A stretch of DNA of 32,000 nt from contig NZ_CP195536.1 of the NCBI RefSeq assembly GCF_051307035.1, positions 570,001-602,000 of the forward strand, given 5' to 3'. The translations under genes were made by a program, and so were the position numbers. The DNA comes from Psychrobacter sp. DM4 (lineage in GTDB: Bacteria; Pseudomonadota; Gammaproteobacteria; Pseudomonadales; Moraxellaceae). Every line of letters starts with the position of its first letter. The stretch's first letter is position 1. Below the pieces are notes generated by a model. The model made no database searches and was not told the origin of the DNA. It saw only the letters and a program-made list of their open reading frames with translations. Positions 10,620 to 18,355 of the stretch are shown here, piece after piece.

Positions 10620-11780
10620 ATGCAAAACCTAAAACCATGCTTGACTGCGATACTTTTAGCGTGGGGCAGTCTATATGCGCCGATAAGTTTTGCAGATGAT
10701 GTTGCCAGTAATGCTGCTTCAGAGAGCTTGCAAAATCGTAGCGTTGAGGATTTAGTGGCTATCGCTAAAGCGGGCGATTCTAACGAAGCCATCAATGATG
10801 CGGTTTTGGGTAATGATGCTATTAGCGGTACTGTTTTGGGTAATGAGGCTTTGGGCAACGACGCTGTTCTTCCTAACGCGGACAATGACGCTACCACCAA
10901 TACCCAAATTCCAGCGCCTACTCAGTCGAGTGCTGCTAGTGTCAATGCGGACCAGCTAATACTGAATGACCCTGTCATAGATCAAGCCAACATTCTAAAC
11001 CCGCAAGAGAAGCAGCGTCTTGAGGAACAATTGCGCCGTATCTATCAGCAAGGACTGGCTCAAGCTGCCGTAGTCATCGTACCCACTACTAACGGCTTGC
11101 CTATATTTGACTATGCTTTGCAAGTGGCAGAAAAGTGGCAACTCGGCAATGAGGCTATTGATGATGGCTTGCTGATAGTCGTTGCGGTTAATGATAGAGA
11201 CATGTATATCTTGACCGGATACGGATTAGAAGGAGTATTACCAGATTCCGCCGTCAATCGCATTATCCGTGAAGATATTGCACCGCAATTTAAACAGAAC
11301 GATTACGCAGGGGGCTTACTCACAGGAATTAGTGCCCTTGAGACACGCCTAACCGCTGACCCTGAAGTACTAGCGCGCGCTGATGCTCAAGCTGCTGAGC
11401 GTAGCACGCAGCAAAGCTCGGAGGAGAGTCCCTCTTCTGTATTCTTATTTGTGATGGCAATGGTGTTCGGTAGCTTTATTACTAGTATCTTTGGTCGTGT
11501 GTTTGGCTCTATTTTGACCGCAGGTGGATTTTTTGCAGGCTCTCTTGCACTCGGTGGTGGCTTCTTTATGACCCTCATCATGGCGATATTTTTGTGGATG
11601 TTCTTGATCTCGCGCGGTTCAGGTGGTGGCAAGGGAGGCAAAGGCGGACGCGGTGGCGGCGGCATGATATTCTTGCCAGGTCTTGGTGGCGGTGGTTTCG
11701 GCGGTGGAGGCTTTGGTGGTGGCGGATTCGGTGGCGGTGGTGGCGGCTTTGGCGGTGGCGGTGCTGGTGGGTCTTGGTAG
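10620..11780 (+). CDS. TPM-domain protein (YgcG-like) with TM segments and Gly-rich C-terminal tail
   Basis: Signal peptide; TPM core (LRRIYQQGLAQAAVVIVPTT...LLIVVAVNDRDMYILTGYGLEG); hydrophobic segments; then a (GGGF)n tail. This is the typical second gene of lemA operons. Confidence 0.85.
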   Translation: MQNLKPCLTAILLAWGSLYAPISFADDVASNAASESLQNRSVEDLVAIAKAGDSNEAINDAVLGNDAISGTVLGNEALGNDAVLPNADNDATTNTQIPAPTQSSAASVNADQLILNDPVIDQANILNPQEKQRLEEQLRRIYQQGLAQAAVVIVPTTNGLPIFDYALQVAEKWQLGNEAIDDGLLIVVAVNDRDMYILTGYGLEGVLPDSAVNRIIREDIAPQFKQNDYAGGLLTGISALETRLTADPEVLARADAQAAERSTQQSSEESPSSVFLFVMAMVFGSFITSIFGRVFGSILTAGGFFAGSLALGGGFFMTLIMAIFLWMFLISRGSGGGKGGKGGRGGGGMIFLPGLGGGGFGGGGFGGGGFGGGGGGFGGGGAGGSW

Positions 11781-11884
11781 TGAGATTTATGATATTAATT
11801 AAACAGTTCCAAAATTATAAATAATCGTAAATTTGAATGAATTAAACCAGCACACGCAATATCAAAGATTTTAGGAAGCTCAAC

Positions 11885-12409
11885 ATGAGACAAGAAAACG
11901 CATCACAAAATAGTTTTGCTCGCTTATGGCGGCAAGTCATGTTCGTTCCTATGCTACACAGCAGATGGTTGACCGCTGATGCCAGATCACGACTCACTAC
12001 GAAGATTGCTGAAGCCGAGCTTGGTCATCGCGGAGAAGTGTTTTTGATAGTGGAGAATACTTTGCCATTACAAGATGCCTATCACGGCAATGCTCGTGAG
12101 CGTGCTATCGATCTATTTAGTGAGTATAGAGTTTGGGATACCGAAGAGAACACTGGCGTTTTGGTTTATGTCAATATATGCGAGCACAGCTTGGATATCA
12201 TTGCTGATCGAGGTATTAGCTCGCACGTTAGTCCGACAGTATGGCGTGCTATGTGTGATAAAGCTTTAGTCAGTATCGCGGGTAAAAAGACAGAAGCAAG
12301 TTTAGCGGGTCTGTTAGATGAAATTGGGCAGCTACTAAGACAGTATTACCATTTGGAGCACAATCCCTCTGGTAATGAATTATCTAACACCGTAGTGTTT
12401 TTGAAGTAA
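11885..12409 (+). CDS. TPM-domain protein (third gene of the lemA operon)
   Basis: GEVFLIVENTLP...TGVLVYVNICEHSLDIIADRGI matches the TPM/TLP18.3-type fold pattern. AGGAAG SD upstream. Confidence 0.8.
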   Translation: MRQENASQNSFARLWRQVMFVPMLHSRWLTADARSRLTTKIAEAELGHRGEVFLIVENTLPLQDAYHGNARERAIDLFSEYRVWDTEENTGVLVYVNICEHSLDIIADRGISSHVSPTVWRAMCDKALVSIAGKKTEASLAGLLDEIGQLLRQYYHLEHNPSGNELSNTVVFLK

Positions 12410-12482
12410 GTTTTGTTATAGAGAACAATAAAGTTATTACCATTGATAATTAAAAACGTTAACAAACAACAATGGGTTCTCT

Positions 12483-12740
12483 ATGATTGAGCTGATAGAA
12501 AGATTACCAAAAGCAGAGCTGCACCTGCATATTGAAGGCTCGCTTGAGCCTAAGCTTATGTTTGAACTCGCCAAAAAGAATAACGTGACTATTCCTTATG
12601 CAACGGTTGAGGAAGTCCAAGAAGCTTATGACTTTACTTATTTACAAAGCTTCTTGGATATTTATTATGCAGGTGTCAAGGTATTGATTACCCAAGATGA
12701 CTTTTATGATTTGACTTGGGCTTACGTTTTAAAGGCGACT
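12483..12740 (+). pseudogene. N-terminal stump (about 85 codons) of an adenosine/adenine deaminase gene
   Basis: [34 protein letters not shown]...[29 protein letters not shown] matches the metal-binding HxH N-terminus of Add-type deaminases (about 315-335 aa). Similarity ends at about 12740, at a terminator hairpin. The rest of the track ORF (to 12914) is antisense to cobB. Confidence 0.7.
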
Positions 12741-12759
12741 CTAAGTGAGTCGCTTTTTT
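12735..12759. terminator. Bidirectional hairpin between the deaminase stump and cobB
   Basis: GCGACTC (12735-12741), loop TAAGT, GAGTCGC (12747-12753), then TTTTTT on the + strand. On the minus strand it follows the cobB stop and is trailed by TTTAAAA. Confidence 0.65.
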
Positions 12760-13534
12760 ATTTAAGAAGTAGCTCTACTAGTAAAGGTAATACTTCTCCC
12801 GCTTTTGCTGTCAGCGTAATATCGACTACTGTGTTTGGCGTAGGGTCTGTGTTGATCTCTATTATTTTGGCTCCATTTTGCTTGGCCAATTGTGCTAAGC
12901 CTGCGGCAGGATAGACCAAACTTGAGGTGCCAATGCTGATAAATACCTCACAGCCCGCTGCCGCCTTTTCTGCTATTTGCCATGCTTCTACAGGTAGTGC
13001 TTCTCCAAACCAAACGATATCAGGTCGAATGTAACCTTTGCAATGCAAACAGGTGAGTAGCTTATCATCGAATAGTTGGCTTTGCTTGTCTGCGTCAGGT
13101 TCCTGATAGGATGCAGTGCATTGATGACAGCGATTACGCCACAGATGCCCATGCAAATGAGTCACTTGACTGCCTGCTTGCTCATGTAAGTCATCGACAT
13201 TTTGGGTAATAAGGGTCAATCGCTGGTTAGTATTCTGCTGCCACTCTGCTAATGCTAAATGCGCAGGGTTAGGCGCTTTGTCATGCACCAACTGCCGACG
13301 CCATTGATACCAAGACCATACTAGCTTTGGATCACGAACGAACGCTTCCGGTGTCGCCAAGTCTTCGGCGCGGTAATTCTCCCACAGTCCGGTTTGCTTA
13401 TCCCGAAAGGTGGGAATACCGCTCTCTGCTGATATACCCGCACCCGTCAAGATGCAAATATTAGTCTGGGATGCAATCAATGCTGCCGTACGATCAATCT
13501 CAACTATTAATGCTGCGGATAACTCTGCTACCAT
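12758..13534 (-). CDS. cobB: NAD-dependent protein deacylase (Sir2 family, CobB/SIRT5 class)
   Basis: [43 protein letters not shown]...CLHC (Zn ribbon), [14 protein letters not shown]. Confidence 0.9.
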   Translation of the reverse strand: MVAELSAALIVEIDRTAALIASQTNICILTGAGISAESGIPTFRDKQTGLWENYRAEDLATPEAFVRDPKLVWSWYQWRRQLVHDKAPNPAHLALAEWQQNTNQRLTLITQNVDDLHEQAGSQVTHLHGHLWRNRCHQCTASYQEPDADKQSQLFDDKLLTCLHCKGYIRPDIVWFGEALPVEAWQIAEKAAAGCEVFISIGTSSLVYPAAGLAQLAKQNGAKIIEINTDPTPNTVVDITLTAKAGEVLPLLVELLLK

Positions 13535-13569
13535 AACCTAACCTTTATTAATAATGGATATCTGATCTT

Positions 13570-13950
13570 ATGATAGACGGAATGTGGTGGCTTGTCATAC
13601 TGCTAAGCGTAGGGGTCGGACTCTGGCTGCTTGCCAAGTCGCGTGGAGCAAAAAAAGGAGAGGGACTTAGTCAAAAGTCAGCTCGCGGACAGGCGAAAAA
13701 CCAAAAGACAGCGGTCAACGACAACCTGCAAAAAACCACTTTGTTATTAAAGCAGTATTTCCCTGATTATGCCGTCAAGCGAAAAGCCAATCATTTGCTA
13801 GTCAGTAAGCAAGATAAAAAGATTGCGATGATCACCATCGATAAAAAAATCGTAGCCGGTCAGCGCCGTTTAGGGGAGGTTCCAGTGATTAATTATCATC
13901 GTCCTCCTAGCCGTGATCAGCTGACTGCTAATTTGCAGGATGCAGAGTAG
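13570..13950 (+). CDS. Hypothetical membrane-anchored protein
   Basis: 126 aa with one N-terminal TM helix (WWLVILLSVGVGLWLLA), a basic linker and a C-terminal globular part. No motif recognised. The start is only 35 bp from the divergent cobB start, so start and promoter placement are uncertain. Confidence 0.5.
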   Translation: MIDGMWWLVILLSVGVGLWLLAKSRGAKKGEGLSQKSARGQAKNQKTAVNDNLQKTTLLLKQYFPDYAVKRKANHLLVSKQDKKIAMITIDKKIVAGQRRLGEVPVINYHRPPSRDQLTANLQDAE

Positions 13951-14159
13951 TCTAAAACAAAATACTAGATGAGAGGCATCAGTAGGTATGCAATGACTTG
14001 TTTGAGTGATTGTAAGACATTAAATGATAATAAGTTATATAGGAGGCGTAACACGAAGGTATGATAAATTTTGAGAGATCAAGATTTCCATATGCAAACA
14101 CTTCGATATTGAGTCTTTGATAATAACGATTTCAGATTGTCTTCGTTTGATTTACTTTA

Positions 14160-15722
14160 TCAAGCCAGTAAAAGCTCGATATTGACTTGAAGGTAATACT
14201 CGTCTTTAACAGTAATACTGACTTGCCCTTTATGAGCTCGTGCAATAGCCTGAACAATTGATAATCCTAAACCCGTCCCTGAATGAGCATTTTTAGTTTT
14301 AGAATGTCGATAAAAGCGTTCAAACAGCTTATCGGCCTCTACCTGAACTAAAGGTTGCTCTAAACGATTCGTGAGTACTACTTTCAAATATGACTGTGGT
14401 AAAAATGAATATTTTGAAGCGGATGGTTTTATACTTTGCAAATCATTTATAACACGATAAGGATGTGTAGATGTTTCAACCGTTGATGCCTCAATAGTAA
14501 TGACACTATTACTTGCTGCGTAGTAGCTTGCATTTGATATTAGATTAGCAAATAGCCTTTGCAATAAACTCTCATCACCCAACACGGCATGAAAGTCTCC
14601 TACCTTTTCAAAAGATATATTACGATCCTCTGCTATCATCTCATAGTAATCTATCAGCTTAACGATTAGTTTTTCAGTATCAACACGATGCAATTGAGAA
14701 TCAGTCAGGCCTTTTTGTGTTTTAGCTAGCAATAGCATGTTATTGATTAAGCTAGATAACTGCTCAAGCGTGTCATGTTGATGATGTAGCTGTTCGATAT
14801 ATTCACTATTGTCTCTGGGCTTATTCAACATCACTTGCGTCTGAGTACTAAGGGTTGCCAGTGGCGTCCGTAATTCGTGCGCGATATTATCTGAATAGCG
14901 AGATAGCGATTCAAAATTACTTTCAAGCTTTTCCATCATCAAGTTATAAGACTCAGCTAATGGTCGTAATTCTTGCGGCATATTACTGACAACGACTCTT
15001 TCGTCCAATTGTTCAGGGTTTATACCTTTCATCTTTTGTATTATGGTAGATAAAGGCGCAAACCCCCAGTAGACACTCAGTGCCGCTATAGAAACTAGCA
15101 ACAAGGTAATCGCAATGAGCATTATACTCAGTTGATGATTAAACTGGATCAAGTACTGGTGATGGACATCAATAGGCAAGGCAATAAGGGCCAGCATATT
15201 ATCGTTTTCGATGACTATAGCGCGATAACGTCTGTCTTTAATATCTACTACAAACTGTCTGTCATCATGATTTTGCTGCAATACTAATAGGTTGAATTCG
15301 GGACTTAATTCATTAGCAAAGTTTTCAGGGGTACTAGAGAGCAATCGTCCCTCTTTATCAGCAATGACAGTTTTGAGATCGTAATCGAGCGCTGATGAAT
15401 GCAGATGATCATCGCTTTCTATGACTGTCGTAGGAGGCAGATTTGAAGAAGCTTTTGAGTTTAGCTGTTGTTGGGCATTTAGTAGGCTTTGAGGTTTGGG
15501 TAGGCTCTGAGAGGTTACTCGGTTGTCCGCCTCTGTTACGCGCTTACGTAGGTTAAAGGCTGCGTGGGTAATAATTTCAGCGTCCATTTGCTCAAAATGG
15601 CCTTTAACAGAATGCTGCACCCAGATATAGAGGATTAACTGTGACAAAATAACAAATGTCGTTAATAAAATCACAGTACGCCATAACAACGGTAAGCGTC
15701 GATTGTCCATTCTATTTATCAT
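14160..15722 (-). CDS. copS: Heavy-metal (copper) sensor histidine kinase, CusS/CopS type
   Basis: Two TM helices flank a periplasmic domain. H-box YSDNIAHELRTPLA, N-box LISNASYYA, G-box GTGLGLSIVQAIA. The start is probably ATG 15722 (overlapping the copR stop) or 15710, not the track start 15779. Confidence 0.9.
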   Translation of the reverse strand: MINRMDNRRLPLLWRTVILLTTFVILSQLILYIWVQHSVKGHFEQMDAEIITHAAFNLRKRVTEADNRVTSQSLPKPQSLLNAQQQLNSKASSNLPPTTVIESDDHLHSSALDYDLKTVIADKEGRLLSSTPENFANELSPEFNLLVLQQNHDDRQFVVDIKDRRYRAIVIENDNMLALIALPIDVHHQYLIQFNHQLSIMLIAITLLLVSIAALSVYWGFAPLSTIIQKMKGINPEQLDERVVVSNMPQELRPLAESYNLMMEKLESNFESLSRYSDNIAHELRTPLATLSTQTQVMLNKPRDNSEYIEQLHHQHDTLEQLSSLINNMLLLAKTQKGLTDSQLHRVDTEKLIVKLIDYYEMIAEDRNISFEKVGDFHAVLGDESLLQRLFANLISNASYYAASNSVITIEASTVETSTHPYRVINDLQSIKPSASKYSFLPQSYLKVVLTNRLEQPLVQVEADKLFERFYRHSKTKNAHSGTGLGLSIVQAIARAHKGQVSITVKDEYYLQVNIELLLA

Positions 15723-16446
15723 GATAGCGATCTTCAGCTTCGTAAGATTGATTATCATCATTAGTATTACTGACAGCATCTAATCGGTAGCCCATACCGC
15801 GAACCGTATGAATGAGCTTCGTACTATAACTATCGTCTATTTTTATACGTAGACGTCTTATTGCGACATCAATCACATTAGTATCATTTTCAAAGTTCAT
15901 ATCCCACACTTGTGAAGCTATAATTGACCTTGGTAATACTTCACCGCGGCGTTCAAGCATGAACTGCAATAAGGAAAACTCTTTTGCTGTCAGTTTGATG
16001 GGCATATCTCCTCTATGCACAGTGCGCTTGGCAATGTCCATTTTGAGATCCGCTACTTGCATGAGCGTGCTTCTATAGTCGGCTTGATTGGCACGACGCA
16101 GCAAGCTCTTAATTCGCACAACAAGTTCAGCAAAGGCAAAAGGCTTAGTGAGGTAATCATCCCCACCAATCTCAATTCCCTTAATTTTATCGCTTAAATC
16201 ATCTTTAGCTGTCAAAAATAACACCGGCGTATGCTTGCCCGCAGCGCGGTAATTACGCACCAGCTCAAAGCCACTAACATCAGGTAGCATCACATCCATA
16301 AGTATCACACTAAATTCATCAGTCATCATGGCATGATAACCATCTAGACCTGTCAGGTGATGATCAACGATGAAGCCTGCTTCCGTTAAACCCTTTTTTA
16401 TATACTCACCAAGCTTTCGCTCATCCTCTACTAGTAGTACTTTCAT
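15712..16446 (-). CDS. copR: OmpR-family heavy-metal response regulator, CusR/CopR type
   Basis: Receiver domain (MKVLLVEDE...ILMDVMLPD...TAKD...YLTKPF) plus winged-helix domain (TAKEFSLLQFMLE...IHTVRGMGYRL), with an acidic C-terminal extension of about 20 aa. Confidence 0.9.
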   Translation of the reverse strand: MKVLLVEDERKLGEYIKKGLTEAGFIVDHHLTGLDGYHAMMTDEFSVILMDVMLPDVSGFELVRNYRAAGKHTPVLFLTAKDDLSDKIKGIEIGGDDYLTKPFAFAELVVRIKSLLRRANQADYRSTLMQVADLKMDIAKRTVHRGDMPIKLTAKEFSLLQFMLERRGEVLPRSIIASQVWDMNFENDTNVIDVAIRRLRIKIDDSYSTKLIHTVRGMGYRLDAVSNTNDDNQSYEAEDRYHDK

Positions 16447-16515
16447 AGTAATCCTTTAAAATAGTTGTAACTTTTTAACGCTTGAATCAACATTAATGAC
16501 AAAACGGACTGGTGT

Positions 16516-16531
16516 CTGACAAAGATGTCAT
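16516..16531. promoter_or_regulatory. CusR/CopR-box-like palindrome in the copR / ORF137 divergent intergenic region
   Basis: CTGACAA-AG-ATGTCAT compared with the E. coli CusR-box core ATGACAA-NN-TTGTCAT (2 mismatches). An extra TGACAAAA half-site lies at 16497-16504. Confidence 0.55.
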
Positions 16532-16664
16532 GTACTCGTCATCAAATGGTCAGTATTCGTTTGCTACTCTATGTTCATAGGTCATAGCAGCTCATTCTTG
16601 ATACGAGTAGCTCCTATGAATTAGTCCAACAGACAATTATTCTAAAAATTATTAAGGAATTATT

Positions 16665-17078
16665 ATGAAAAATTACGGTTCATTTAAAAAAGCAGTGTTG
16701 TTATCGGCTTCAATGCTTATGGGTATGTCAGTTGCAAATGCGCATACCACCCCTTTGACTGCAACTGTCTTGAATGATTGTGACTCTATGACTCAGTTTG
16801 CAAAAAACGCAGAGCACAACGATGCACAGGTGTCTAATAAACAGATGAAAAGCTATGTCGATGCTCGCATTGCTTGCCAGATTCAGCACCAAGATCAACA
16901 TGTACAGTCTGATAAGTACTTTGTGAATGAATACGGTAGTGAGCGTGATCAACAGTCTCGAATCACACCGAAGGATTCTGCTGAGCATCAAGAGCAACAT
17001 TTGCAGTCTGAAAAGTATTTTACAAATCAGTATGGTAGTGAGCGCAACCAAAGCCCTAAAACCATAATAAAGGATTAA
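16665..17078 (+). CDS. Secreted His/Gln-rich protein with an internal tandem repeat; function unknown
   Basis: AAGGA SD. Sec signal ending VANA|HT. Repeats HQDQHVQSDKYFVNEYGSERDQ and HQEQHLQSEKYFTNQYGSERNQ share 16/22 identities with a 33-aa period (nt 16887-17051). First gene divergent from copRS. Confidence 0.7.
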   Translation: MKNYGSFKKAVLLSASMLMGMSVANAHTTPLTATVLNDCDSMTQFAKNAEHNDAQVSNKQMKSYVDARIACQIQHQDQHVQSDKYFVNEYGSERDQQSRITPKDSAEHQEQHLQSEKYFTNQYGSERNQSPKTIIKD

Positions 17079-17100
17079 GTACCTCATTAAAATCTAAAAC

Positions 17101-17130
17101 CAGCAAGATGACAATATTGTCATCTTGCTG
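17101..17130. promoter_or_regulatory. Perfect 30-bp palindrome containing an exact CusR-box core (17108-17123)
   Basis: CAGCAAGATGACAAT|ATTGTCATCTTGCTG. The centre, ATGACAA-TA-TTGTCAT, equals the E. coli CusR-box core ATGACAA-NN-TTGTCAT. It lies 112-141 bp upstream of the Met-rich ORF start and has no downstream T-tract. Confidence 0.65.
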
Positions 17131-17241
17131 TCATCTCTCTGTCAGACTTCATAAAGTATACTTTAAGCTGAACAGATAATTTATTAAATTAACGCTATAA
17201 AAGCTTTACTAATATTCGCTCAAATCAATTAAGGATTTACT

Positions 17242-17517
17242 ATGTCGCACTTTAAATTACTCTCTAAATCAATCGCAGCCACTGCTGTTGCCCTAGTAAT
17301 GTCAACCTCAGCACTAGCGCATTCTCCAGAGATGCACGCCAAAAAAGACCAGATGAACTGCGAAAAGATGGAAAAGCATATGGGTATGATGCAAAAAATG
17401 GATCACAGTAAAATGGATATGAATGATCCTGCTATGAAAGCTATGATGGCTAACATGAGCAAGATGAAACAGATGTACCAAAAGCATTGCGTCACTAGTG
17501 ATAACGCCTCTAAGTAA
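17242..17517 (+). CDS. Small secreted Met/His-rich protein (putative periplasmic Cu-binding protein)
   Basis: AAGGA SD. Sec signal ending SALA|HSPEM. The mature part of about 65 aa holds about 15 Met plus His in MxxxM/HxxM-like spacing (KHMGMMQKMDHSKMDMNDPAMKAMMANMSKMKQM) and two Cys. Confidence 0.75.
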   Translation: MSHFKLLSKSIAATAVALVMSTSALAHSPEMHAKKDQMNCEKMEKHMGMMQKMDHSKMDMNDPAMKAMMANMSKMKQMYQKHCVTSDNASK

Positions 17518-17629
17518 TTTTAATCTTGTAAGACAATGGGTCAGGTTCGACTATTAATATAGCTTCACCTGGCCTTTTTTGATTACGTAGTAGTGTAATT
17601 TAGACGGTCACAGATTCTGGGACAGACAT

Positions 17630-18226
17630 ATGAAATTCTTATTAGGCGCGCTATTCGCTGTTTTTGTAGCCGTCGTTGGCATCTTTGCCGTTGTCAGCAG
17701 CGGTGTTGTAAATGTAGGGGCGGATCAGGCGCATAGTCCACTGGTCTATAACTTTTTGGAGACGGCACGCAATCGCTCTATAGCTAACGCTAGTCAGGAC
17801 ATTGTAGTTCCGGATCTGACACAAGTCGATATGATCAGCTCTGGTGGCGCAGATTACAAAGATATGTGTGCAGGCTGTCATCTAGCACCTGATGCAGCAA
17901 AATCAGATCTAAGCGAAGGTCTATACCCCAAACCACCTAATTTTACCAAAGCTGAAGTCGTTGCTCGTTATGATACTAAAGCGGGTGCACAGCAGAATTT
18001 TTGGGCAATTAAACATGGCATCATGGCATCTGGTATGCCCGCATGGGGCGCTACTCATGACGACGATAGAATGTGGGCTATGGTGGCATTTATCAGATCG
18101 TTACCGGATCTAAGCGCAGACCAATATACGATGCTAACGACCAGATTTGATAGCGATATCATGGATATGGACATGCAAATGATGGACATGGACATGGATA
18201 TGATGGACGAAGATATGCAGCATTAA
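17630..18226 (+). CDS. Membrane-anchored mono-haem c-type cytochrome with Met/Asp-rich C-terminal tail
   Basis: N-terminal TM/signal anchor. Haem motif CAGCH. Distal ligand region ASGMPAWG. The tail reads DSDIMDMDMQMMDMDMDMMDEDMQH. Confidence 0.85.
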   Translation: MKFLLGALFAVFVAVVGIFAVVSSGVVNVGADQAHSPLVYNFLETARNRSIANASQDIVVPDLTQVDMISSGGADYKDMCAGCHLAPDAAKSDLSEGLYPKPPNFTKAEVVARYDTKAGAQQNFWAIKHGIMASGMPAWGATHDDDRMWAMVAFIRSLPDLSADQYTMLTTRFDSDIMDMDMQMMDMDMDMMDEDMQH

Positions 18227-18231
18227 TTCTG

Positions 18232-18275
18232 TCGCAAAAAAGCAGTGCCAAGTAGTGCTGCCTTTTGCGATTTAA
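18232..18275 (+). terminator. Possible hairpin terminator after the cytochrome c gene
   Basis: TCGCAAAA...GCAG (18232-18245) pairs with CTGC...TTTTGCGA (18258-18270) with a small internal loop, followed by TTTAAATCTT. The stem is imperfect. Confidence 0.45.
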
Positions 18276-18355
18276 ATCTTGCTCGTATGAAGTTCAGTTG
18301 TAGAGTATAAATTTTTAGAAGGTTTAATAGATAATCAGACGCTTAGGAGTGATTA

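Noticed and set aside
11387-11824. Pro-rich ORF (11387..11665, minus) and Trp/Arg-rich ORF (11594..11824, plus)
   Set aside because: These are alternative-frame and antisense readings of the GGN-rich DNA that encodes the Gly-rich tail of the TPM protein.
12741-12914. C-terminal 58 codons of track ORF 12483..12914, taken as part of a real 143-aa protein
   Set aside because: Similarity to deaminases stops at about 12740, at a terminator hairpin. The remainder is low-complexity antisense of the well-supported cobB gene.
12758-13534. SIR2-domain protein as an anti-phage (Thoeris/DSR-like) effector
   Set aside because: The size, Zn-ribbon Cys pairs and the PEAF...VWxWYxWRR segment fit the housekeeping CobB/SIRT5 deacylase class. 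No partner defence gene is adjacent.
13534-13570. A 35-bp divergent gap between cobB and the 126-aa ORF as a shared compact regulatory region
   Set aside because: The gap is too short to read promoter elements confidently. It more likely reflects an uncertain start for the small ORF (alternative Met at 13582) or promoters embedded in coding sequence.
16728-17087. 119-aa minus-strand ORF opposite ORF137
   Set aside because: The plus-strand ORF has a strong AAGGA SD, a canonical Sec signal and an internal protein-level repeat. The minus-strand ORF has none of these.
17518-17585. Terminator after the Met-rich ORF (CAGGT...ACCTGGCCTTTTTT)
   Set aside because: The stem is only about 5 bp with a loop of about 20 nt, which is too weak to call even though a T-run follows.
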